A stretch of 64,000 nucleotides of DNA from Rhodosorus marinus CCMP1338. Its lineage: Eukaryota; Plantae; Rhodophyta. The notes below the pieces were generated by a model. The model had not been told where the DNA came from. It searched no databases and worked only from the letters and a program-made list of their open reading frames with translations. Location of the stretch: contig JAMWBK010000010.1 in NCBI GenBank assembly GCA_029953675.1, positions 1,240,001 to 1,304,000 of the forward strand, read 5' to 3'. A program made the position numbers and the translations under genes. Each line of letters starts with the position of its first letter. Position 1 is the stretch's first letter. This document shows positions 12,040-23,479 of this stretch, piece after piece.

Positions 12040-13572
12040 TCTGGTAGTTAATATAAAAGCTATGATTTTCATATATTTCAGCATCGTCATTGTCTCAATT
12101 AGATGAAATACATTCAAGAAAAGTTTCCATGGTTCTCATAGAATGTTGATCTTGTCATCGAGAGGCCTTGGGTTGGACTACCCCTTTCGAGAATTTTGCA
12201 TTTTTATATTTTTGCGCCTATTTCACTTAATGATGAACGCCGGGTGGCTGACAGCATGGTCACCTGTGACGATAGCCGCCGTACGACGTGCGTTGATCTT
12301 GCTGTTCTTAGTAATCCGCAGGCTAGTCGCTGTTGGCCGGCTGCGGAGAGGGCCGTGGGTTTGCCGCTGCCAGTATGGGACGTCGCAAAGAGTTGAAATA
12401 TGCGGGGGCCTGGACTTCCCCAGGCATTCGTGCTTCGGCTCTAGCTCATCGCCTGGTACCTCTGGTCATTGAGTTGCTTTATGGATTCTGTTGGTTCCCG
12501 TTGGCGTCGGGAATTGTTCGGCGAACGCCCTGACCGTCTGTCCTCGTTGTTACCCGTTTAAGTTTCTTGCTGTGGCGTATGAACGTTGCTTTGATGTTGG
12601 AGGCGCGCGATCTTCGCCGCGCTTAGCGCTGTTTTTACCCTCGGTTTTTTTTCTTTAAGTCTCCGGATGAAACAACTTCTTCTTCTACTACACTTTGCAC
12701 ACAAGGATTCCAACACGCCTATAATATGTGAGCGAAACAGAGTGCTTTGTCAAAGCGCTCATGTCACCCGTTCGCGTGAATTGCGTCTACTGTTGACAGA
12801 GCACCCTGTTTTCGCTCAGATATTATATGAGTGTTGGAATGCTTGGGATATCGTAATAAGGCAAAACATATAAAAAAAAGTGTAAAATTCTCGACAAGGG
12901 TAGTCCTACCCTACAGTCGTCGGCCTTGACGTGGGTTAATGTTAGTGGCTTTACTAGCATAATTAGCAATAGCCGTTTCTAGATTTGAATCGCTCTAAAG
13001 GCTACATAGAAGTTACTTAGAAGCAGCTGTTGCTATGCTAGCATCGCGCGGAAGCCTATATTAGACGGCTCTACGCCGAGCTTGGGGAAGGGAAAAAGAA
13101 GCGTAAAGCAACGAATTCTGGGTACAAGTGATATCAGACATGATTAAGTTTGTTCAGAGGGTCTTGCCTTTGGGAGTCTTTCGGGAAGTGGAGCCTAAAA
13201 TTGGTGTGAGTCCTTTAGTTTTGTTCGATTCTGCCTTTAGACTACTCTTGGTCCTCCTCACTGGCTGAAGTGAGACGCACTACTGTGCCTCTCGAGGACG
13301 AGATCAAGATTCTTTGGGAAACATGGAATGTTTTGTTAAATTTATTTCATCTACTTGAGACAATTACGGTGCTGAAAATATATGAATTCGTAGCTTTTTA
13401 TGTTAATAACGAAAAGATCAACGGGTTCTATTTTAAGATGATATGTGCTGAAGTCTTTTACTGAAATGCTAGAAAAATTGGATTGGTGGATGGAGTAAAT
13501 TTTCTCTTTCGATATAAGGAGAGCACAGCCTGTCACTTAAGATCATAGAAACATATGCAATACGATAAAATT
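12040..13572. mobile_element. Second, fragmented copy of the foldback element
   Basis: Left-arm piece 12040-12228, centre plus start of right arm 12696-12911, rest of right arm 13287-13572. Interrupted by a CRE-B fragment and a 375-bp insert. Confidence 0.7.
12229..12684 (+). mobile_element. 5'-truncated CRE subfamily B copy (RLE domain plus 3' UTR)
   Basis: Encodes RVADSMV..CVDLAV..RRKELKYAG..RLVPLVIE (PD..D..K-x2-KY..P..E RLE motifs). Flanked by diverged ~11-bp duplicates ctatttcactt (12218-12228) and ctactacactt (12685-12695). Confidence 0.8.
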
Positions 13573-13597
13573 TGGGTTGTCCCGAAGATAAGAATCC

Positions 13598-13614
13598 GAA
13601 CGAACGAATGGTTT
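13598..13614 (-). mobile_element. 17-bp tail-only insertion (AAACCATTCGTTCGTTC) flanked by AATCC duplicates
   Basis: AATCC at 13593-13597 and 13615-13619; the insert equals the subfamily B tail. No empty site is available in the window. Confidence 0.5.
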
Positions 13615-13821
13615 AATCCCACAGCACCAGTATAACAATTACCTTGCAATAAACCTCAAAACAAACACCACGAATACGAGCTGGAATCGAGGATTCTAAC
13701 CAGATAATACGGAGTCGGGAAAAAATGATTGTTTTATATAAAAGCGATATGTTTAGGCGGGTAATAAACGGTAATTGAATTCTGCGCTAGTGTAGCGGCA
13801 TCCTGGGTCTCACCCTTTTTA

Positions 13822-14125
13822 CGAACGAATGGTTTAATCGGAGGCTGAAAAAAAACCCCGAGGGGAAAAAAAGACTAAGCGCGGCGAAGTACTCGCGCCT
13901 CCAACATCAAAGCGGCATTCATGCGCCACAGCAGGAAACTTAAGCGGGTAAACAACGATTGAAGACGGTCAGGGCGTTCGCGGAACAACTCCCGAAGCCA
14001 GCGAGAACCAACAGAGTCCATGAACCCAAAGCACTCAATGATCAGGGGTACCAAGCGATGTGCGAGTGCCGAAGCACGAACACCAGGGGAAGACAAAGCC
14101 CCCGCGTATTTGATCTCTTTGCGGC
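13822..14125 (-). mobile_element. 5'-truncated CRE subfamily B copy with 15-bp TSD
   Basis: Encodes RRRKEIKYAGAL..RLVPLIIECFGFMDSVGSRWLRELFRERPDRLQSLFTRLSFLLWRMNAALMLEAR. TSD GTCTCACCCTTTTTA at 13807-13821 and 14126-14140. Confidence 0.85.
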
Positions 14126-14180
14126 GTCTCACCCTTTTTAGGGTTTTTACTGTGAAACTAAGAATCCCGGATGGCCTTTT

Positions 14181-14290
14181 TAGGGTTGTCGTCTCCGTCC
14201 GATAAAAGTTTATCGGACCTGTATTACGTAATAATAGAGAATATATTCTGTTGACCACGGTCCGATAACGACCGATTGCGTCCGATATTT
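14181..14290 (+). repeat. Possible hAT 5' terminus (TAGGGTTG...) with clustered TCCGATA subterminal motifs
   Basis: TCCGATA at 14198, 14261 and 14281, inverted at 14211; a perfect 10-bp inverted repeat starts at 14197. No matching right TIR was found. Confidence 0.35.
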
Positions 14291-15148
14291 TTTTCGATGC
14301 ATCTTTTTCAGTGCATGGTCGTTCGCTGTCGGCTTTCGGACTTTTGCTTGGCTAATCACCCGCAAAAAGCAGCAGGTTATTGACCCGCTCAGAATATATT
14401 GGAAAGTGCGAGTAGCCGTCGCGGAAGGAACGGGGCAAGGCGTAGAAAGTTGAGATAAGGCAGTGGCCAGCTATCTTGAGATAGGGTGTGAGAGTATGAG
14501 CTAGGCCAAGGAACTTGAACCGAGGGATTAAGTCCTGCGGAGTATCCAACTATTTCAGTGCCTGCCGACTCGACCTGGGCTGATGGCCTCTTCTTTGCTC
14601 CTCGCATGTTTAGGATATCGTTTTGGTTCCGGCGCTGTGTGGATGAAGGAAGTCTTCTTGTACCAGCCGGGCTACTGAAGCTGCTGGAGGAGCTCAGGGT
14701 TTGTTATCTGGAGCTGCATTGCTGCTCCTCTTTATGGAGATCCCCCCTCCCGGCTACCTTTAGCTCGGATTTCTTCTTTCTCAGAGTTTGCCGTCTCGAC
14801 TAAGGTTTGATTTTCATCAATATGCGAGGACTTATTACCTTGGAATTTGCTAGCCTTCGCATGTGGATAATCAAGCGTTAAGTCCTTGGAATCTGCCAAC
14901 CCTTGTATGTGGATTGGTACCGTTGGAAATGCAGACAGCAAAATGATCACATTGTCTATTCAACAACGGAAAAACCACCAGAGCGCAAGAAACCTAGCAA
15001 AACCCACCTTTACGATCCCACCGAAAAGCAACGTAGGAGTCATATTTTCTCGAGGTCCACAGGGTCCACTAGGGTGGTTTTACGAGCACTAGCGTAGCAG
15101 GAAAAGTCTTCGTTCAGGAATTATATTTGAAATTCCTAGTAGTGAAAG

Positions 15149-18100
15149 ATGGGGAAGAGGAAGAGTGTGGTCTGGGAGGGCTTCAGGGATTTCATAGACG
15201 AGTTCGGGGCGACAAACTGTCAATGTCTGCGATGCGGGCAGCCTGCTTCTCGGCATACAAGACCCCTGAACAAGCATCAGGCTGCTTGCCGTGCTAGAGT
15301 CCCCTTGTCGAGATTCTCGGAGTCAAGTGCTGCTTCTACTGCGCCTGGGCGTTCGGAATCTGGTGTAGAGAGTTTCTCTGCAGGAGGCTGTCCCCTCCCG
15401 AAAGAAGCAGAATGAGAGATTCCAGTTGGCCTTGACAATGAGGAATGTTTCGTTTAGGTAAGCTTGCTTCAATCCTCACAAATTCTTAGCTCATACTTGG
15501 CAAATTCCGATACAGAGGGGGATAGCGCGGGGTTTGATTGTTGCGTTCTATCGGCTGAACCGGCTGCGTCCATTTCTGGGTGTAGTTTCGCAAACTCCCC
15601 TTAATTTCGGGAGTACGTAGCGGGTTTTCAGCTCGACGCGACGATACCGGATAGGCGTACAATCGCGAGTAGTATACTGGACAACCTTTTCGAAGGTTCA
15701 ACAGGAGTTTGGAGGCTTCCTGAACGGCTTCAAGAAGTGCACCATCGTCATGGATCGTTGGACAACGGTTGCTGGTGAGCTCGTCTTAGCATGGCCAGTG
15801 GTGACGGAAGACGGGCAAGTCCGTCTGCTGGACTTGTATTCCTCTCCTGTTACTGCGACAGGAGAGCAACTGTCGCAGGATATTCTCGAGAGAATCAGGC
15901 AGGTAGAGGGGATGTGTGCGGAGAAGTCTCTTTTCGGCCTGACGACCGATAATGCACCAGTGTGTGCAAACGCGAGGCGACTGGTCGTGGAGCCCTACGG
16001 AAAAGGTCTAATCGCAGGAAGGCAATTTATGCGCCAGGGATAGCATAGCTCCGTGCGTTCGTGCTTTGGCGCTTGTTTAGTCTTCGATTAAATTATGTTT
16101 AGAAAAGTATTGTTTCCGGCTACGTACATGTCGGTGGTCAACCTCGTTCTTATGGTGCTGGCTTATTACATGATGGCTAGTTCGTCCCCTCTTTGAGACG
16201 CTGGTGATATGTTCGTTACGTACATTTTGGATTCAGAATTGAGGTATTGAATTTGGATTTGTGTTCACATAGGTACTTGTTTGGCTCACCAGACCAACCT
16301 GCTTGTCAGAGACGTCATGGTCAAGGTAGGAAAGTTCGGAGAGATTTCGGACTAAAGCATTTCGCGTGGCGAAGATGATCCGAAGAAGCAGCGCTCTCCG
16401 GACGGACATTGCCACAAACACGCGGAGACAAGATCTTGCAGTGTGGCTGCCAACAGTCACCAGGTGGTACTCGCTAGCGGTAGTATTCGGGCAGCTGCGA
16501 AAGATAGGGGAAGGTATTAAATGCTCCGTCCTGAAGCAGAAATTCTAGAAGATGAAGTCCATGGAGAAGCTGAAGACAAGTAGCTTGGATGAACAGTTCT
16601 GGCGGGCCATGGACACAATGTGCCAGCTGGGTCAATCTCTGACTCCAAGCTTGGACGGAGACAAGAACGACTCATCCAGGCCACATAACACTCGCGTGGG
16701 CCTGGCCCTTCAACATCGTTGAGTCTGGTTCATTGCGAATCACGGACGAACAGCGATCGGGGCTAGTAGCGGTCCTCGAGCACGAGGTGAACGAGGTCGT
16801 AGGTGACATTCACTACTTCGCCTGGTGTCTGGATCCTCGTTTGAAGGGGAGTGGGCTGACCAACAAAACTCTGCTCCTAGTGCAATTCGGGATTCCGCTG
16901 TTCTATATGCAGTACGTCAACGCTGACATTACGCCGAGCCAAGCAGAAAACTTTCGTCTACAGTTCGGGGACTATATCGATGGGAATGGCGAAATAGGCT
17001 TGTTAAATGACTGATTCTGGCCCCCATTCACACATCGGAGCGCAGATGGCGAGTACGAGACCGACTGGCCCTGTTCTTGAAGGGAGACTTCGAAGTACTA
17101 CAGCGCAGCTATTTGGATTCGTCAGCACCATCCGCCCGTCGGACTCGGCATGGCACAGTGTCGCCCGTGCCGGCTCGAGTACAGAAATTGGTAGCAGTGG
17201 GCGATTTAAGTCGAGCGGCGCGGGTTTTGGAGGGCCAGGCGCCTGTCCTCCCCTACGATGATAGTCTCGCCCAGACGGTGTCGTCTTTGTTCCCTGAGTC
17301 CGACGTGGATTTGTCCCCTGAATTCGAGGTATTCTTGGACCGTCCGGAGTTGGCCAGGTTTCGCATCGATCTGACGCTCAGTGAGTCTGACCCGGAGGAT
17401 TTGCTTCGTACCTCGCGTCGGGGACGCTGTCCCGGACCCTCCGGACTAAGAACAGAGCTATTGCAGGCCCTGAGCCAGCCTGGCCAGAGCGCGCTTCTGA
17501 GGATCCTTAACAAGTTGTTCCAGGGCGTATCGGGTGCGTCTGCGCCATGGGAACATCTCCGGCAGGCACAGCTGTGCTTGCTCACGAAACCTGACCACCA
17601 GCCGGCCCACCCGCGTCTGCGGCCGATCGGGATGGTGGAGAGCCTACGGAAGTTAGCCGGGAGGTGGCTATGCCAGCGCCTTCGCCAGCGCGTCACAGCT
17701 TTTATGGCGCCCTTGCAAGTAGGGGTGGGATTTTCTGGGGTTGCGAACTGATCACCCATGGGATCGAGCTAGAACGCGCCAGTAGGCCGGAGTAGGGAGT
17801 CTTGGTGGTTGATTTCCGGAACGCATTCAACAGCGTGTCGCGGACGCATGCGCTAGAGGTGCTCCGACGTGTGTTTCCGGAGGCGTGGCCGTTTCTATCG
17901 GGTATTTACGGAGGGGAGAGCCTCCCCTACTTGACAACGGAGGGCACTGTTTTTCAAGCACATACTGGCGTCCAACAAGGCGACCCTTGCGGACCTCTTC
18001 TTCATGCCTGTGCCCTACAGCTCGTACTTTTACGTCTTTCGACTGAGGTCTCGGATCTTCGAATCTGCGCGTACCACGATGACGTAACATTGCTGGGCAC

Positions 18101-19990
18101 CCCTGACACCCTGGCTAGGGGACTGACCGCGATCGAAGCGATTGCACGTCGCGTCGGTTTGACTGTGGAAACAGAAAAATGTCGCTTTCTCCCCGCGAGG
18201 GACGTGTCGCTGAACTCTCTGCCACCCACTCTGCGACTAATCAGCGAACGTGAAGGGTTCGAACACCACGGCGTCGGATTGGGGACTGACAACTTTGTCC
18301 AAGCATCCTGCGAGCGAGTTTTGGCACGGCACAAGCAACTCACCGACGCCATTGAGCACCTACCCGACAGCATGCTGCAATCGGCCTCCTTGCTTTCCCG
18401 CTTTTGTGCCGGTCCCAGACTCAACTACTGGTTGCGCAGCCTGCCTCCAGCTTGGAGCTCGTGGATCGCGGCTAAAGCCGACGAAATGACCCTGCAACAC
18501 TGGGGAACGCTCTTGGATGAGCCCCTCGATCTTGAAGCTGCTCCCGACAGGGACTTAATTCGTGCACAGATCGCTCTACCGTTGCGATTAGGGGGATTCG
18601 GCGTCGCAGGCCGTGGGCTGGTATGCTCGCCAGCGGCGGTTGCCTCCTGGGCTACCGCGCTGCGAACGTTGGTGACCTTCCAGATGCGAAGTGCCTGCCT
18701 CTTGGCTCGAGCTTTGACCAACGAGGATCCAGTGACCCTGCCGCCCCCGCTTTTGACAATTTATGATGGTCTTCAACACGCGTTCAGGAGGTGCAACGCC
18801 GTGCCGGACGCAAATCGGTCCCGCTTTCGTTCCTGGAGGGAGCTGTTATGGGGACGAGCTGAAGCGATTGAGGATTGTCCCCTCGACCGAGTTCTTGCCG
18901 ATGACGGAGAGGCTAGCCCCGGGTCCCCTGTTGCAGACTACCCGGGTTTGAGCCGATTGTGGAGCTCCCGCACTGATGTGATTCAACATAGCCTCACCTG
19001 GGGCCAACACAGTGCCGCTCACACAGTCATGCTCAATTCTCCTCTCACGCCGCCTACCACTGCCGCTCGTCTCCGCGGCATGGGAGGCCACCTCTCGCAC
19101 TTGTGGTTAACCACTCTACCGTCGTCATTGAGTCATCGTCTCGATGCTTTCCAGTTCCGTTCTGCCGCACGGATCTATCTCGGTTTGCCACAGGCTCCGT
19201 GGCACTCTAATCGGCCGTCTTTCTGTCAGGGATGTGAGAGCCGGATTGACGCTTGTGGCTACCACTTCCTGGGTTCCTGCGGACTGTTGCGAGGTCTCCG
19301 TACGAGGCGTCACACTCGCCTCAAGTACATCCTCAGCGAATTTTTGACTCGGATAGGGCATACGGTTGAGGTTGAGTCGGAACTGCCCAGATCCATCTCG
19401 GACTCTGCACCGCCCCGTTGTATAGCCGATCTCCTCGTCTCCGACGCTGCTGCCAGACGCTCAACATATGTGGACCTTGCGATTACCTGCCTCGTGGCCA
19501 GCGCCCACCTCACCGCAGCCGCCCGCCGCCGGGGGGCCGCGGCTTCGGTGAGGTAGCCCTTCGAAGAGTTAAGGAACGACGGTATGCTGAGAGCATGGCC
19601 AGTCTGCCTTGCGCTGAGGGTCGCTCTCACCGGTTCCAGCCATTCATTGTGGAAAGCTTTGGTCACGTCGATAAGTCGGGTTTAGAGTGGTTGCGGAAAT
19701 GTTTTGCTGAGCATCCTACTGAATATTTGGCGCTCTTGAGGCGTTGAAGTGTCTCCCTTTGGCGATATTCCAGCCACATGCTTTCCGAGGCGCGCCATCG
19801 GCGCCTGGGGTTGCATGCTTCCCTCCCTAGTTATTAGTTCATCTTCACGCCTTGCGTAGCGCTTCAGGCTATGCTAGTAAAGTCCAGTCCAAATGACTAC
19901 GCTGGCGAAATAAACTCATTCGAGTATTGGCGAAACGCAGAGAGGCTTGGATGCAAAGAGTTGACCCAAGTTGCTCGATTCGGTCCGAGA
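15149..19990 (+). mobile_element. Degenerate hAT (BED zinc finger, DUF659-like) transposase gene with introns, split by a CRE insertion
   Basis: BED finger (VWEGF..CQCLRC..LNKHQAAC), PDRRTIASSILD, IVMDRWT, TDNAP, CLAHQTNLL, PTVTRWYS, AWCLDPRLKG. The frame resumes after the CRE as NDYAGEINSFEYWRNAE..ELTQVARF (dimerisation domain). Several in-frame stops. Confidence 0.85.
17013..19890 (+). mobile_element. CRE-clade non-LTR retrotransposon (RT plus CCHC plus restriction-like endonuclease), subfamily A, 8-bp TSD, inactivated
   Basis: RT motifs PGPSGL, LRPIG, QVGVG, VDFRNAFN, GVQQGDP, YHDD; zinc knuckle CQGC..HFLGSC; RH..L; IADLLV..YVDLAI; KERRY..FQPFIVESFG. TSD AAATGACT at 17005-17012 and 19891-19898. 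Frameshifts at ~17740 and ~19550; stops at 17793 and 19745. Confidence 0.95.
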
Positions 19991-20013
19991 ACGGATCGAA
20001 ACCAATTCATTCA

Positions 20014-20280
20014 GTATGTTGAATGAATTGGTTTAATCGGAGACTGATGGAAAGACCTCAGAGGGGCAAAAAAACTACGCGCGGGGAGATCGCGCGCCTC
20101 CAGCATCAAAGCAGTGTTCACACTCCACAGAAAGAACGTAAAACCGGTAAACAACGAGGAGAGACGATCAGGGCCTTCGCGGAACAACACTCCTGGAGTC
20201 AACGAGAACCAAGAGTCCATGAATCCAAAGCACCCGTATGTTGAATGAATTGGCTTAATCGGAGATTGAAAGCACCCACC
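20014..20280 (-). mobile_element. 3' fragment of CRE subfamily B, containing a nested tail-only insertion
   Basis: Encodes LFREGPDRLSSLFTGFTFFLWSVNTALMLEAR; paralogous to 8590-8805. Confidence 0.75.
20236..20268 (-). mobile_element. 33-bp tail-only insertion of subfamily B with 9-bp TSD AAAGCACCC
   Basis: TSD at 20227-20235 and 20269-20277; the insert matches the B tail at 20014-20043. Confidence 0.7.
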
Positions 20281-20725
20281 ATGTCAGCGGGGAAATTACT
20301 CCTTATTCAAGAAAAATATTAATTCCTAGATTTGGATGTTTAAAAATCAAGCTAAAATAATCTCAAAATGAAGAATGATAACAGAATTCGGATACAGAAT
20401 GGATAACGTACAACAGAAGAGTGCACAAGTGTTGTCTTGCGAACATATTTTATAGACACAAAAGCAACTCCGTTCAGCTCGACGCAAGCCGAGCGCAAAC
20501 CCTCTCAAACACAAGCAAATGCCTGCTCATGCCCCATATTTTTCCAGTAGTACTGCCGTTGTATGGCTTGGCTTACGGCCTCGACTGCCAAATCAGACTT
20601 CGATCTCGAAGAAAAATTGCCACGGGCAAGTAGTTTTACATTAAATAACTGAGCAGCTAAGCTCGTGTGGCGCAGGTCCAGCGCAGCAAGCAAGCTGGCC
20701 ATATCAATCAATGCACAGACTTTTC

Positions 20726-21762
20726 CTAACGCTTCGTAAACCGGAGGTGCTTGAACCCGAGGTAACCAACTACCCATGAGAATAAAGTTAGTCCAGCCAG
20801 AGCTCCTACGGAAACCCATTTGCTATAATCTGGCACTCCGTATATTTTCAACAGTTCGTCTCCGCTTGTAATCGGGCAGAACTGACATTCACTGTAGGTG
20901 GCGTTAACTGTCACCGTCTGGTATTCGCCTGGGGACGAAAAATAGGTCACATTCAGCAAGCACTTTCCAGAGACCATACCACTAGCTTGACCTTGAAAGG
21001 GGTTCAGCGACATCTTCGTACTATTAGAGGGAATCGATTCACAATCTGGGACCGCATAGGTAGCATTGTCGTTTCGTCCTGGCGAACTCTTAGCATGGAG
21101 CGGGCGTAGAGCTGTCGGTTGCTTTCTTCCCAGATATCATCACCATTAATAAGCACCTCGCCGATTACGGATTCGTACCGGTCCGTAACTCCGGAGAGGA
21201 GGTTCAACATTGTCGTTGTTCCCGCGCCAGGTGGGGCCTGAATGAGGACCATCTCATTCGGTTCGAGGTAACCCGACAGACCGGAGAGAATGCTTTTTGA
21301 CATTTTTTCATCTCTCGTACAGGTCACAATCTTCCCCGTCTTCAAGAGCGGTGCTATCAGCCTCCCGCCAACTGTACTTTGCCCGAGTTTCTCAGCAAAA
21401 GGGACTGCAGCCACAATCTGAACAAAAGGAAAGGTTCCGGGAGGCTCGTCTCAGATAAGATCCTGAAAATAGCAGCGGATAGACCACAACAAAAAAAACA
21501 TGTGAAACATATGGCTTACGTCATTCCAAGTTACACTGTGTCCACCCATTTCACGCCCAATGAACATGGTGAGTATCTCGTAGAACAACTGGTGAGTTTT
21601 CTCAGAGTCAAACTGTGGGTTGCGCGGATCATACATCGGTTCCTCATACAAGGCCCCGAAATGATGTTCTACTTGCTCCCTTCGTTCACGAAGCACCTCG
21701 AAGCTCTTACCGGCAACAAAGCGGGCAATCCAGCCGCACCGACCACCAGTAAAGCAGTCCAT
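20726..21762 (-). pseudogene. ABCG/PDR copy 3: internally deleted, 5' exons fused out of frame to the last exons
   Basis: Start codon, exon 1, intron 1 and part of NBD1 match copy 1 up to ..RVRQD. At ~21073 the sequence jumps into the terminal TMD2 region matching copy 2 (~9590). Confidence 0.9.
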
Positions 21763-22004
21763 GACAATAACCTCGCGATGTACCGCCCCCCACCGCGGGT
21801 TCCTCCTTCAATCCCTCTGTTGTCTCTCCCTTCCAAGAAAAAGAAAGATGCTCCTCTCTCCCATGTCTTCAATCCTCTAGACAAACCTCCCCAGGCCCTC
21901 CCACCCTTCCAACCTCTGGGTCAGCATCCCCCTCTCCCGCGCAGTGCTCACATGTATACTGTCCGCATCTACCAACATTTTCCGCCAGCATGAACCCGAG
22001 CAAT

Positions 22005-22112
22005 GTATGAACGCTGCTTTGATATTGGAGGCGCTATATCTTCGTCGCTTATGGTCTTTTTTACCGTTCGGCTTTTTTTCTTTCAGTCTTCGATTAAACA
22101 AATTCGTTCAAC
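22005..22112 (+). mobile_element. 3' fragment of CRE subfamily B (duplicate of 4557-4665)
   Basis: Direct match to 4557-4665. Confidence 0.7.
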
Positions 22113-22639
22113 CTAAGCCGGCGCTAACGCTCCATAGCCTACGACCCATTTTTTTTTCTTTTCGGAGAACCCACCCACCCCCCTCCCTCCAACAAAAAGA
22201 CGCTGTCAGTGAAAGACATGCGGACATGGAAAGTTGATTCAATGGAAAACCAAGGAAAAAGAAAAACATTGGAGGGTGCGTTCACCACGTTTGGACCTAT
22301 GAAGACTTTTTCTTGGAGTCATCCAGGGTTAGCCTAAGATTTCAACACGTCAGGCCTTGTTTTTTCCGGGACAAGTTTGCTCAGTCCTCAAGTGCCGCCG
22401 ACTGTCTTTGTTTTGTTTGAGTAGTCGTCCGGCCCTTTTTTTTTGACGGGACGTGTTTTCTCAGCCCTCAACACCTTTATTCACTGGCGAATAAAATAGT
22501 GACGGGAAACTTTCACCAAGTTTTTTTTTCACGATTGTGTCGTACAATTTTGGCGACCCCGCGCCCGTTTTTTTGGTTTGCTTAAATGAATTCGTTAATT
22601 AGAGACCGAAAGAAGCAAGCCCGAGCGGCAAAAGGCAAA

Positions 22640-23306
22640 GCCGGAACCCAATGGTCCACCGCTGAGTCCAGGAAAAATGGTCTAGAAACATATATATGCC
22701 TTTTTATCGTATTGCATATGTTTCTATGATCTTCTGTGTCACTCCCTCTTCTCTCTATTATAGAAAATTTACAAGTAAATCCATCCACCACTCCAAATTT
22801 ACTAGTATTTGAGGAAAAGACTGCGGCGATATCATTTTAAAAATAGAACTGGTCAATCTTTTTTGGTAATTAATATAAAAAGCTAGAATTCATATATTTT
22901 CAGCTCCGTACTTTTCTCAATTAGATGAAATAAATTTATGAAACGCTTTCATATTTCCCATACAATCTTGATCTTGTCCTCGAGAGGCCTTGGGTAGGAG
23001 GACCCTTTTCGAGAAATTTACACTGTTATATATATTTTTGCGCTTATTACACTTCGTCACCAAGGATTCCAGCACGGATATAATATATCTGAGCGAAAAA
23101 GGGTGCTCTGTCAAAGCGCTCAGGTAGCCCTGGGCACTCCTCTCAAAGCGCTCATGTCACCCAGGGTGCACCAAGGATTCCAGCACGGATATAATATATC
23201 TGAGCGAAACAGGCTGCTCTGTCAAAGCGCTCGGGTAGCCCTGGGCACTCCTCTCCAAGCGCTCATGTCACCCAGGGTGCTCTGTCAAAGCGCTCATGTC
23301 GCTCAG
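22640..23306. mobile_element. Third foldback copy: uninterrupted left arm plus centre, right arm missing
   Basis: Matches 6387-7345 without the solo LTR; ~110-bp tandem duplication at 23060-23280. Confidence 0.75.
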
Positions 23307-23479
23307 AACCCCAGTTCGCCGCCACCCCCTCCACCTGGCGCGAGCGTCTTTCCTCGCGGTTTTCTTACTTTGATCCTTCCTACCAGGTGATGCCCTTCCC
23401 TCGTGCCGTCATAGCCCAGCTGTACGACTCCCTCGTCGTCTTCACAAGCCTCTCGCGTTGGTCTTGGACTTAGTATGGC

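Noticed and set aside
14352-15097. Several short ORFs between the TCCGATA cluster and the hAT start
   Set aside because: No recognisable domain, and stops occur in all frames; possibly a decayed insert but unassignable.
9240-19890. RIP-like hypermutation suggested by TGG>TGA/TAG stops in the repeats
   Set aside because: Comparison of ABCG copies shows many transversions and indels too; no clear dinucleotide bias by eye.
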